Assembly: GCA_051362555.1 (NCBI GenBank)
Contig: CM120641.1
Location: 3,410,001 to 3,474,000 of the forward strand
Reading direction: 5' to 3'
Source of the DNA: Lingula anatina
Lineage: Eukaryota > Animalia > Brachiopoda
Length of the DNA: 64,000 bases
The notes beneath the pieces are model-generated. The model made no database searches, had not been told where the DNA came from, and saw nothing but the letters and a program-made list of their open reading frames with translations. The position numbers were made by a program, and so were the translations under genes. Shown here in pieces: positions 1 to 11,393 of the stretch. Numbering within the stretch: position 1 is the stretch's first letter; each line of letters opens with the position of its first letter.

Positions 1-3000
1 TGTGCTTGTTAAACTCTGGGAATATGTTGTGAAGGTAATAGGTCTTGAACTGATTAAATATGAAGTCAAAACTACTTTGTTTCTCATCCTTATTAGACCA
101 CTCAATGTTGTTCACCTGATAACGGAAATCAAAAGATACCTAGATAAATACAAGTTCTGTCATTATGTTGTTACACTGAATAAAGAGGATAAAGAGTGAG
201 GTCAATGTTATTACGTTTCACTGAGATCACCATAATCACAGGCAAGGTTTAATTCTGTCATGAACTTAACTTTAAAATTGTTATTATTACAAAGTAAGCC
301 CAAACTTAAATTTTAATACATTGATTTGGTCTCCCTGTCTGTCTTCGCAAACTGTTTTATCTTAACAAAATTCACTCATAGTGTCTACTATAAGTTTTGT
401 GAAGTATTAAATGTATATTAAAAATGTGAAATTAAAAAACTAAAAACATTCTCAAATGAATCTTGAAACCAAATCTACAATAAAACTGACAAAATAGAAT
501 TATTCTTTACTTAGTGGTTAAATAACATCAGTCAAACATGACGTTCCAGTCAACCACGTATGGATAAAATCACCATTCACGTGACCAAGGTCCATAGCTG
601 GTGGGCCGAAAAATCGTGTATGACTGATATTATTTAGTCTCTAAATAAAGAATAATTCTATTTGATCACCCTTATAAGAGACCACAAAAAAAAAAACCCT
701 CTTTCATAGTGAAATAAAACTGTCACCTCAGACACCATGTACTCCAGTAGAGAGGCAAGAAGAAAACGGGTGACATCCTCGGGCTGTTTCTCCCCAGACT
801 GAGGTGGGAGAATGGCCGAAATCTCCACTGGGGTGACCGCAGCTACAAATATATATAAAGATTACAGCAGAGGAATAACATGTTCTGTTTTTTTTAATTG
901 GAGGACTTGAGTAGCAATGTTGATCTTAAAAAATGAGAAATCAACAATATAAATCTGTACTATTTATGTTCAAAAAGGTTTTATATTGATCCCAGAATAA
1001 AAATCAAAAGGAATTGTTCTAATTATATGTTAACTGAATATATTCCAAAGTGATTCAATTAAAGTGAAAATGAGACTGATATGTAAATCAGTCATTCTTT
1101 GCTAGTGGTGCACTGCAGGGGGGCCATAACAAGAATGTTATTTAAATTTAGATAGCCAACCAAATTCTCATGACATCGTTGTGTATGTTTCAATAACAAA
1201 TCAAAGAAGCTGCATGAGCAAGGAGGATGTTGTTATAAAAGCAAAAAAATAGAAAAAGCAGAAAATATATCGAAATAACCCTCAAAATGGCGTCCTTTTT
1301 TGTGGAATTTTGACCCTACCTCTATTTAAGAACAGTTTGTTTAGGGTTTGAATGGATTATTGAAGCAAGAAATACATCTACTGCAAGAAGATATAATAAA
1401 CAGAATGTGCAAATTGTTATTTAAATAAAAATTTATTTGAAGTCACTGAAAAATGATCACAAAATTAGCTTAACTTACGATACATGCGGTGTCCCACCCC
1501 GATGAAAATTTCATCTAATCCTATCTTTCCGTATTAAAACTGTTCAATCGTCCAAAGTAGTATGTCGGTTAGTTTGTGTCACGAAGTCCATGATAATATC
1601 AGTTTTCTTAAGAATTTCACATTTATTGCTCAGCAAGGTCGATTTTTCTTCACCGCGTCCCAATATAACGTTCGCAACGCTGAAACTTCAGAGATCGATT
1701 TTTATCAGACGACTTTAAAATGCCGCGTGAAAATTATACATCGATAGCGATCTTCTTCCATACTCACTAACTGATGACGTCTTACACACGAATGGCTTCT
1801 TTTGCACACTAAAAAAACCAGCTCAAACTGGCGGGTGGCCCATTCTGATAACATATCACGCAATGACGCTGTCGAGATAGGATGCAGGGCACAGGTGTAA
1901 TTCCCTCGATTTAACCGTCACAGGATTGTTTATTGGGATCTTCTTTGTATGAAGGTGAGAAATAATGAGTTTCGTTTCATTTTTCTTCAATTGTTTCAAC
2001 ATATTTGTGTACCGATTGATTTTTACCATTCTATAAGTAGGGTGACTTCGTCTGAACTTTCGTTTTGCGTCTGTTTCACATGGGGGACTAAAGGTCATAT
2101 TGAACATGTTGACGCGGTGATACCGTATTCATGTTCTCTTGTTCTCGAAAACTCAATCATCGAAATTGAATTACTTTTTTTTAGTTTTGTCTTAAATTAA
2201 GCTGCTACACTGTATTCCGTGCGTTTAAAATTTAACCGTCTGTAAAAACAGCAATAATGGATTACTAGCAACACTTACGTTACGCAATGAAGCACCGAAA
2301 ATGGGTGAAGAAAATGTGTCTCAGTAATGCGTGTTTGCCACTCATAATGCACTGTACTTTGTTTGAATAAGCAATAAACTATTTGTGATCTTAGGTTATC
2401 CATTGTTCGTTATCAGAGTTAACAGATTCTTTGTGTGATTTTTTTTCAGAATCCCAAGAGTGGATGCCTTAGTGAGCACAGAACAGATATCACCATTGGT
2501 CTACATATGTCAGGAAGAATGTTATAATTATGAACTTTGTGTTACACTGAACTTCATTTTGTTAAATTTTGTATTTAACTGAACTTTATTGTGTTAAAAT
2601 AATAATAAAAAAAATAATAGTTCTGATAAAAAACTACAATCTGGAACATTCTTTAGATCAACTTTGTTCAGTGTGTGTCCCATATGACAGAGTTACAGTA
2701 AATAAAATATGTGCATTATTCCTCTGTGCTTGTCAATTCCATTTTAAAAGCACGTGAAAGTGGTGTGCTCCTCATGAATGAAGTGTGTATGGATAATAGC
2801 AAAAATATTGATATTATTTACATGATTATAAAAAGTTTTTGTACCCGCGTCAATAACGTTACCGTGACCCACATATTCACCATTTTTATTAATTATGAAA
2901 TGTGGATTAAATTCTTCAAAACCAGTTTTGAAGCATTGAGACAACACCCCCATATGATTTAAACTAAAACTGAAAACATTCCATTAGACTTTCATTAGTT

Positions 3001-6000
3001 TGTGCAAAATATATTACCCAGGGTAACGGCGTCTTGGATTTGGTGGGTATAGCTGTTCAACTCTCCTGTGTGCCCTAAAAAGGGCAGCTGCTGTTTCCCT
3101 TTTTATGAAATGATAAACTGTGATGGTGTAGCTATCACATCGCAAAATTACAGCTTCCCAGAGAAAGTTTGAAATTTTCGGTCAAATTCAACATTTTGTA
3201 ACCACTAGCAAAGAATGACAGAAATAAATAACAAAAATCCGTTATATTGTTGAATGTATATACAATGTTTTATTGACTGGGTATTTTAAAGTATTCACCC
3301 CCCCCACCCCCCCAAAAAAAAATAATAAATAAATTCAACAAAAAATTAATTAATTAATTTATGGAATTAATCAATCAATCAATCATAATTTTAAAAGTTC
3401 ACATACTTCTTGGATCCCCAGACACAGTGAAGAGATCCTGGTCCACCCCTTCATTCTTGCCCAGTCTGGGGACTATAGCAGCAAAAGTGGTGTGACATTC
3501 CTCACTGGCGTTATCCTTCAATGTCTGATACCAAATCACAAACAGGCGAATACCCTCTCTTCGTAGCTGGAATAAAAAGCCATATCCTTCTTTGTTTATG
3601 TATCAAACAGAACACTGCTCACACTTGCATATTTTTCACTTTCAGCAGAATACTAACTTTTCTCACCAGATGAATAACAGAAAGGTGGGTAATTGTCCGA
3701 CATTTTCATTTTTTCAGAAAAAAAATCTTTAGAAAAAATGCCATACACTGGTAACAAATAATAAAACACAAATAAACTTTATTTAGAATATTTGCTAATA
3801 TTCTTGCAAAATACCTTAATAGCACTCACTCAAGTCAATCTTTCAATCAATTTTCAAATCTACTTGTACTTTTTTTATAAGTACTCAATTCAATTTTACT
3901 TCTGATACATCAAATGGCTATGACTTTAAGCTATTCAAGTGGGAAAAAATCAACATTCTCAAACAGTCACATTACAAAAAGTCATGTAAATATATTATGT
4001 GGGAAATAAAATCATTCTTTATTCATAAATAATTTAATACACAAGTTGAAAAATATCTAGTTGTATCAAACTAATAAATAATATAGAAAGATGCAGCTTT
4101 CACTCACCTTCAATGAGTTGCCTGTATGCAAAAGTTTCTTGATGATTCGTCCTGCAACAAACATTGATAAAATGATATAAATCATTATAATACATTAAAA
4201 ATACACACACAGAAAAATATCATCATTCAGTGTTATATCAAGTACATCTTTATCTGCAATCTTACAACATTAAAACAAATACAGATAAAAGTAAGTACGC
4301 CCACTACATGTCTATCAGATATGATCCTTTAAATTATAGCATCATACCAAAAAAATTATTTTCTTAAAAAAAAAAAACAAAATATCTTTTTAAATTATTG
4401 TTTTTCTTTTTATCAAGAGCTTATAAAATATGTAGGTTTTACCTCCAATATTTCTGTGACTGTCAGTCACCATCATCATCATCATTTACTCCCTGATGAT
4501 GGTGACTGACAGTCACAGAAATATTGGAGGTAAAACCTACATATTTTATAAGCTCTTGATAAAAAGAAAAACAATAATTTAAATTGATACATACAGAGCT
4601 AATGAAACTCTTCTCTCAAAATACCTTTTATTTACTGAGATATGAAGCATATTTATATTTTGAAAAAAAAGAGAGAATTTAAAAACAAAAGTATTTTATT
4701 ACACCTTGTTAAGTAAGCATTGAAATCTACTCTGTAAAACTTTGGCCCATTTGGCCCAATAAGCTAACAATACCTACTAATAACTTCAATTTCTGGGTAC
4801 ATTAAAATCAGTAAAGAGAGAACAGGATTTATCAATTAAAACTTGGAATTATTACATACCTATGCTGTGAAACTGCCACCTCCTGTGAATTAGCTCAGGC
4901 AGAAAAAACAGAATTTTCTGAAATGGTTAAAAAGAAGGTCAAATGTAGCAATAAGGATAACATGCCAATATCCTCCAAAGACCAATCTTAGAAAAAGACA
5001 TAAAAACATCATGCACCTGAAAATCCAAATCAAACAGAATGGCAGCATGGCAACTGTGACAAGGGTAGACAATACTTAAATCTATTTTAAAACAATACTT
5101 CCACCAGCATATGAGGCACTGTTGTCATGTAATTAGAACATCCAGCCACATGACAACACACAGAATACCCAGCTTGAAGAAGGGGAACAGTATGTTCCCA
5201 GAAGGCCCAGGTGAGGTTATTACAAAGTAGTATGAATGGTGGACTGTTAAACAAACATGATATTAACTGCTGTTGTTATCGTTTAACATGATATTAACTG
5301 CTGTTGTTATCGTTTAACATGATATTAACTGCTGTTTTTATCGTCATTTTACAAACCAGAGAAAATGTTGTGCCTCAATCGATAACACTTTTCTGAAGCT
5401 TGCAAAATATCCTTACCTCAGCCAGTCTATACCTGGATAATATCATTTTCACAATTTATAAGAAATAAAGTAATCTTACCTCAAAGATACATAATGCTGC
5501 CTCCAGTTCCTCACGATGTGTCTTATTTGCTAAAATGATATTTAAGAGTTATGACCAAAATAAAATGAATATATTTTGAGTTGTGATTCTTAACAATTTG
5601 TTAAAAAAAATATTTGACCAAAGCTTAATTACTTTACTGATCTATCTTAATAGCATGCTGGAATATACATTAATAAACAAAACACTCTGAACTAAATATA
5701 TTGCTAAAATAACTTCAGAGGGATTAATCTATTTTAAAAGTAATTAAATTATACCTACCTCTTTGCTTCAAATCTGCTTCAACAGTGGTAAACACTTCAT
5801 AAAAGTTGAAGTATATCTGAGAATAGTGACTGTCAAAGAAAGCTTTCGCATCTTGGGTTTCATAGTTTTCTGATAAAAAATGTTAAGAAATAAAACTCAA
5901 GTTTTAAAAGCAGACTGATAATAAAACTCGGATATGTAGTGACCTTCAGGTAAGTTTTATATAAAGACAAAGTTATTGTGGGGTTTAATTATCCACATTA

Positions 6001-6540
6001 CTATTTAGATCCAAATAAGCCTCAAAACATGTAACTACGGGCAATTCAGAGTTTGAAACTGGTGTTTTTGACAAAATACAGAAAAGAAAATATTATTCGA
6101 AGTTTTGCTCATCAAGTTATAAATGAAGAAAATGACCATGCTTGTATATTGGTTTTATTAACAATGCCCAGGGGCATGGGTTGAAATGTTATCTGGTAAA
6201 ATAATTGAAGAATTCCTTGAGGAAGTACTTTGCCCAGGTAAGTAACACTGGCACTGCAGAGCGATGAAATCAGCAATTATACAACAACCGTCACTCACCA
6301 AACCCAATCTATTTATGTGAAGTTGCAAAAGTCAGCGAGTGTTTCGTTAAAGAATACTTTTGGAGGATCATTTCCACAGAATCCCGAATAAAAAATTGCC
6401 CATGCTAAATAATCACTTGCGCTTGCAGACTTACCCAGAACAATCCTCAAATGTTTAAGTTTGCCAGCAGAATCTTTCTTTGGGTCAAAGAACTTTTGCG
6501 AGGATTTCCTAACGTCTGCATGAGACTTTCTACTAAACAT
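1..6540 (-). CDS. RALGAPA1: Ral GTPase-activating protein subunit alpha, 5' portion (runs off the left edge)
   Basis: GT-AG exons with consistent phases: 6540-6435, 5869-5759, 5529-5480, 4917-4860, 4151-4108, 3566-3407, 842-727, 115-1. They translate [62 protein letters not shown]...[60 protein letters not shown]...[15 protein letters not shown]...[11 protein letters not shown], matching the remembered RALGAPA1/2 N-terminus. The paralogue cannot be distinguished. Confidence 0.93.
492..663. mobile_element. Small MITE-like foldback
   Basis: Imperfect inverted arms of about 50 bp: aaatagaattattctttacttagtggttaaataacatcagtcaaacatga versus tcgtgtatgactgatattatttagtctctaaataaagaataattctattt. Confidence 0.6.
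1089..3221. mobile_element. Non-autonomous TIR DNA transposon, Sola1-like, in RALGAPA intron 6
   Basis: TIR c(a/t)gtcattctttgctagtggt at 1089-1109 and 3201-3221, flanked by the 4-bp direct repeat AAAT (1085-1088, 3222-3225). No intact transposase ORF inside. Confidence 0.65.
4389..4583. repeat. Perfect inverted repeat with ~90-bp arms, probable Penelope-like element remnant
   Basis: Arm 4389-4478 is the reverse complement of 4494-4583, with a 15-nt spacer (tcatcatttactccc). Confidence 0.9.
4485..4534 (+). ncRNA. Minimal type I hammerhead ribozyme-like motif
   Basis: tttactcc-CTGATGA-t-g-gtgac(tgaca)gtcac-a-GAAA-ta-TT-ggaggtaaa: both conserved core boxes, stem II, a closing stem I, and a palindromic mini stem III (AATATT). 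Confidence 0.6.
5254..5344. repeat. 31-bp tandem repeat, about 3 copies
   Basis: Unit aacatgatattaactgctgttgttatcgttt. Confidence 0.9.
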
Positions 6541-7059
6541 TGCCACATATGGGTAAATGGCGTGTTGCAAATTTGGTTTTCTGTCACATCTTCTATTCAG
6601 TTTTGCAAATATTTGCAACGGAAGTGGCGGTGATCAAAAGCTACTACGCATGTCCAAAAATGGTATCTTCACTAAAATTGGCAAATTATAACTTGCATGT
6701 TAAAGTTTCGATATTAAAGCTTGGGTTTTTACAGAATTATATATTTTCAGATTATACACACTTATCGGATTTAAAACAGATAATTTTATACCCAAACGTA
6801 AATGTACATTAAATATATTCTTCCCCTTATAAACCGCGCGTGTAAAGTTGATTTAAGGCTAATCTACAGTCAAGATTAATCCACCGAAAAATTACATGCA
6901 TAATGGCAGTTAATATTCAATTAATTTCACTTTGATTGATATCATACAATAAACAAACAATAATTCAACAGAATACACCAAATCCCACCTACAAAACGAC
7001 AAATATTACCCAAATTTCAAAAAGTGCGACACGCATTTCGGCAAATCTGATTTTTCATC

Positions 7060-7069
7060 GTCACGTGAG
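7060..7069. promoter_or_regulatory. CLEAR/E-box motif upstream of NPC2-a in the RALGAPA/NPC2 divergent promoter
   Basis: GTCACGTGAG, a 9/10 match to GTCACGTGAC, about 90 bp upstream of the NPC2-a ATG. Confidence 0.5.
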
Positions 7070-7156
7070 AAACGTACGATATACTTGGTGATCGCCCTCT
7101 CAGAGAGACCTTTACTGCCCGGCTACTGCCAACAAGGTTTAAACTTGAATGGGAAT

Positions 7157-8932
7157 ATGAATTACGTTTTGATATATTGTGTTGTATTGGGAATCTTTCT
7201 GCAGAGTGCATATGCCAGATATACATCATGTGGCGGAGGTATGTAAAAAAAGAACTTAACGGGGTAGTAAATTAAGAGAGTGTAAACACTTTATACGGTC
7301 CGTACACGCTCGGCTGTCACCTTGATTGGATAGTAAACGATTGTCGTAAAATCGCTAAATGAAAATAAAACCGGGTGCATAAACTTGGAAACCACCTAGG
7401 ACAACCTTGGACTGCCACATTAATCCAATACAATGCAAAATAAACTATAACAAGTGGTTAAAGCCTTCAAACCGAATGTCGTAAAGTCCCCATATACCTC
7501 CATAGAGACAATAAAATAGCGTAAGCTTGTGAAACAAGAATCCACCAACTTAAACATAATAATCGAAATAAAATACTGCCGGGCATCGTGATGTTTATAT
7601 CGGTCCTCTTTACAATCCAATTCAGGAAATGATGTAACCGCAGAGGTCGCATTGTCCAAAGGCATGGCTTCTTTTTCGTAGTGGTAGGTTAGAGTGGACT
7701 GATATAAACATCAGAGGTGGAATTTTGATTTACGGTTTGATTGTGCGTATGCCATGCACGGAATTTACAAACGAGCGACGGGATGATGTAGCCTGCAGTA
7801 TTTGCGGTAAGCGTGCCAAGTTTTAGGCCGCTCCGATGCCCGGCAGTATTTTATTTCGATTATTATGTTTAAAATGGTTTATTCTTGTTTCACAAGCTTA
7901 CTCTATTTTATTGTCTCTATGGAGGTATATGGGGACTTTACGACATTCGGTTTGAAGGCTTTAACCACTTGTTATAGTTTATTTTTGCATTGTATTGGAT
8001 TAATGTGGTAGTCCAAGGTTGTTCTAGGTGGTTTTCAAGTTTATGCACCCGGTTTTAATATCATTTAGCGATTTTACGACAATCGTTTACTATCCAATCA
8101 AGGTGACAGCCGAGCGTGGGTCCGTAGATCTAGAGGGTGATCTCATTTAGATCAAAAGTTATTTACGTTTTAGTGACAACATGCCTGTCATTTTTTAAAG
8201 ACACCGCTTTCAAAAGTGAATCAAAAGTTGCTCCAATTGATTTTCACTCCCTAATTTCAAAGAAACTTGAAATTTGTCACATTGTCACACTCTCCCATGG
8301 GAAACTCCACTGTACAGCTTTTATAGGACACATTTGGCACAATAGGAGAGTTGTGGAAAGTCACTGAAAGCTTTGCATGTTGCTTTCTTGTCTGACATAG
8401 GACTTTTGATATTGCCTTGTTCTTTTTAGTGTACAACTGAAACCCTGCTTTGAATTTAAGAGTTAATGACAAAAAAAAAAAAAAAATGTGTTGCATCATT
8501 GGGTTCAGAGAACATCTAGCACAGCTACACCCCTCCAAATTTTTTTTGTCAAAATCTGTAAAAATGTGTTTAGATGATTAAGCCTTATAGTTGGTTTTAC
8601 CAGTATTCCCCTTTTTTCTTTTAGGAAAATTGATTACAGTGGCTGTTGATTCCTGTCCTGACCTCAAAAATGACTCAGCAGCACCATGTGAATTAAAAAG
8701 AGGCACAAACGTAACCATGTCTGTAACTTTTAGTTCTGGTAAGTGCAATTGGTAGGTGAATAAGGGAAGCATGATTTTGAGGTGTTTGAAATGCAGTTGG
8801 TAATTTTTTTTTCAATACATTTAATAAGTGTGTCAACTAGATTAGCAAATAGGACGTATGCTGATTTTGTTGTTTTGCTCACTTGAAGTATATGACAATA
8901 TTATATTACTTGGATTTTTGCATATAAAACAG

Positions 8933-8965
<33 letters not shown>

Positions 8966-9517
8966 GTGTGTGGATGTGTGTGCAAACATAGGTTTTTATT
9001 GTATTGTTTTTTTTTTTCAGTTAAGGACTCAAAGAAATTAAATGCTGTAGTTCATGGTATCATAGCTGGAGTACCTGTTCCCTTTCCCTTTGATCATCCA
9101 GATGGTTGTGACAAAAGTGGCATCACATGCCCTATCAGTACAGGCCAGACATATACCTATAAAGCTGTGCTTGCCATTTCATCAAGCTATCCTTCAGTAA
9201 GCATAACTGTAAAGTATTTATTAAGAAACAGCAGAGACCTCTGTTATATAAATTTTGTCATCAAGAGGTGCCCATTTTATGTGCTGAAGTTCAGTATGTG
9301 AATTTGTTGTAAAAATGTTACAAAATGTCTCTTTGGAAGTTCACAGTAGTCACTTTGACATTCGTTGTTTCTTGTTACTTGCCAGTGAATAAAAACTCTG
9401 AATAAAGTTTATATTAAATCTTTTCCATTTCAGATAGAATGCTCTGTTAAATGGGAACTTCAAGATGACAACCATGATGATGAATTTTGCCTTGTGATAC
9501 TTGTAAAAATTACATAA
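7157..9517 (+). CDS. NPC2: NPC2-like / ML-domain lipid-binding protein, copy a
   Basis: Exons 7157-7238, 8625-8738, 9021-9196, 9434-9517. Signal peptide MNYVLIYCVVLGIFLQSAYA, then TSCGG..DSC..APCELKRGTNVT..VHGIIAGVPVPFPFDHPDGCDKSGITCPI..YPS..VKWELQDD..FC. Confidence 0.92.
7305..8118. mobile_element. Non-autonomous foldback DNA transposon with ~285-bp TIRs and 8-bp TSD, in NPC2-a intron 1
   Basis: Arms 7305-7588 and 7834-8118 are near-identical inverted copies. Termini CACGCTCGG...CCGAGCGTG. Perfect TSD GGTCCGTA at 7297-7304 and 8119-8126. Confidence 0.92.
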
Positions 9518-10234
9518 AGAACTGAGCTGTCAGAATAAAGAGTAATTTTACACCCGGTGTATGCTCAATGCTGTAGATTAGTACTGCCAAGAAAAAAATA
9601 TAAAAAGATGTCATAATTGAAAATCATGTTTAAATTCAGAAGTTTTATTGTAATTGAAAACAAACTGATGTGAATTTGAGGAGAAGGTATCTAGGCACCC
9701 TTTTTCAGAATAAGAGAGCATTGATTATTTTTTGTACAGTAAATTATATACTGGAAGTGAGCTGACCACAGACGCACACACACACAATTTGATATTTGAT
9801 GAAAATGATCTTTTATTTAGAACACTGCCTTATCTCTCCTTTATGTAAATGAACAACTCCAATAATATTTTCAAAGTCATCATACCATTAGCTTGAGTGA
9901 GACTACTTGTTAAAATAATGTCCTTAGATTAACACTTCAACAGAAATGGAGTATGCATTAAGTGGCTATTCTCAGGCATTTACTATTATTACATATGCAG
10001 TCATTCTTTTATGATTGTAGAAGAAACTTCTTTCTGATTTTGTTACAAAATAATGCTAACCAAAGTTGTAATAAACACATATTAATCAGTTTGTAGTTGT
10101 TGGTTTATTTCTTTGCTTCCAGGTATACTATGTTTAAAAATGCCCAGGAGTCTACGTTTTTTGCCAAAATATCCTGTAAAGCATGCATCTTTCCCAATTC
10201 TGACCATAAAAGTGATAAGGCCCCTTAAATATAA

Positions 10235-10493
10235 GGGACCATTCCCAGACCCTATCTTACTAACTTTGGATCACATTATCCCCTAGGGGATTCTCACTAA
10301 ATTGCAATCAACTTAAGCGGCTTAGATGTCCCACACGCCTACTGAAGCTGATAAGGGTTAATTAACTATTGTTTAGCATCTTTAGTAGGTGTGCCTGACA
10401 TCTTAGCTGCTTAAGCTGAAAGCAATTTGGTGAGAAACCTTATGGAGATGGATTGATCCTGTTAGATTGATCTAGGTATGGGAACCCAGTCTA
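10235..10493. mobile_element. Palindromic MITE family A, copy 1
   Basis: Imperfect foldback centred on ttaattaa, ends gggaccattccca...tgggaacccagtcta. Related copies near 18465-18705 and 62351-62570. Confidence 0.6.
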
Positions 10494-11393
10494 AGCATCT
10501 GATGTCAATATTTGCTTCTGAAATGTCAAGAAGACTTGTGGTCTAAGTGAGTCTTGATGCATTGAGAACTAAGCTATTTAATTAGAAATAATACAAAGCA
10601 TCAAATGAAGGGGAAAGTGCAGCACTAGGTTTGTGAGTATCAGTGAAAAGGTTTTTCACATAAGATTTTTCATGAAAATCTTGCATAGGACACCCTTACT
10701 GGGCTTACAAGTAATAAAAACAAGGAAGATAAAAGCTATGGAATGTAAATAAAAACCTTTTTTGCCATGTTAATAGCTGACAGTATGTACATGTATGCAT
10801 TCAAAAGTCCGCAATTTTTCTAAATAATGCCATCTGTACCCTGGGCTGTGAATTTTACAGATGATCTTGATATGATATCTGCTTAACAATTCACTATGAT
10901 GGAGGCTTGCAAATATATAAGTCATGAGATCTACAACTGGGGAATACAATCTGCAGAATTTTTTTTATTCTAGTGTGAGCATTGGAAAAACTGAGAACAG
11001 AAAGGCAGGATGAGCATGAACATGATACGTCTAGGACCAAATATCATATCTTATTCATCTAGGCACTGCAATATTAAATCTTGCTGTAGAACTCTGTTGG
11101 TAGTCCAAGCTGACATCACGAGTCATGAGGGTTACTTCAATCAGAATGATAAGAACAATGATAATTGTAGTAGGCTAACAGTGTTATCTGCACCTGACAA
11201 TAGCAGTAATAGAACCAAAGTTCAGCAACTCATGGCCTGACAATAATTGACCAATGCAGAAGCATTGCAAGAGATAAGCTGTGTCACAAAATAGGAATAT
11301 TTTGGAACCTTGTGCAGATCCGCCTCCCATTATATGTGACTTGCCACGGGTACTTTAAGTACACATCAGACTTGACACTGCTGCAAGGACACG

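Noticed and set aside
5254-5344. 31-bp repeats of CRISPR-like length (also the 49-bp repeats at 12900-13090)
   Set aside because: Head-to-tail with no unique spacers, no cas genes, and located in eukaryotic introns.
8137-8367. ORF considered as the first exon of NPC2-a
   Set aside because: 7157-7238 provides a better signal peptide, the conserved first Cys and a phase-1 donor.
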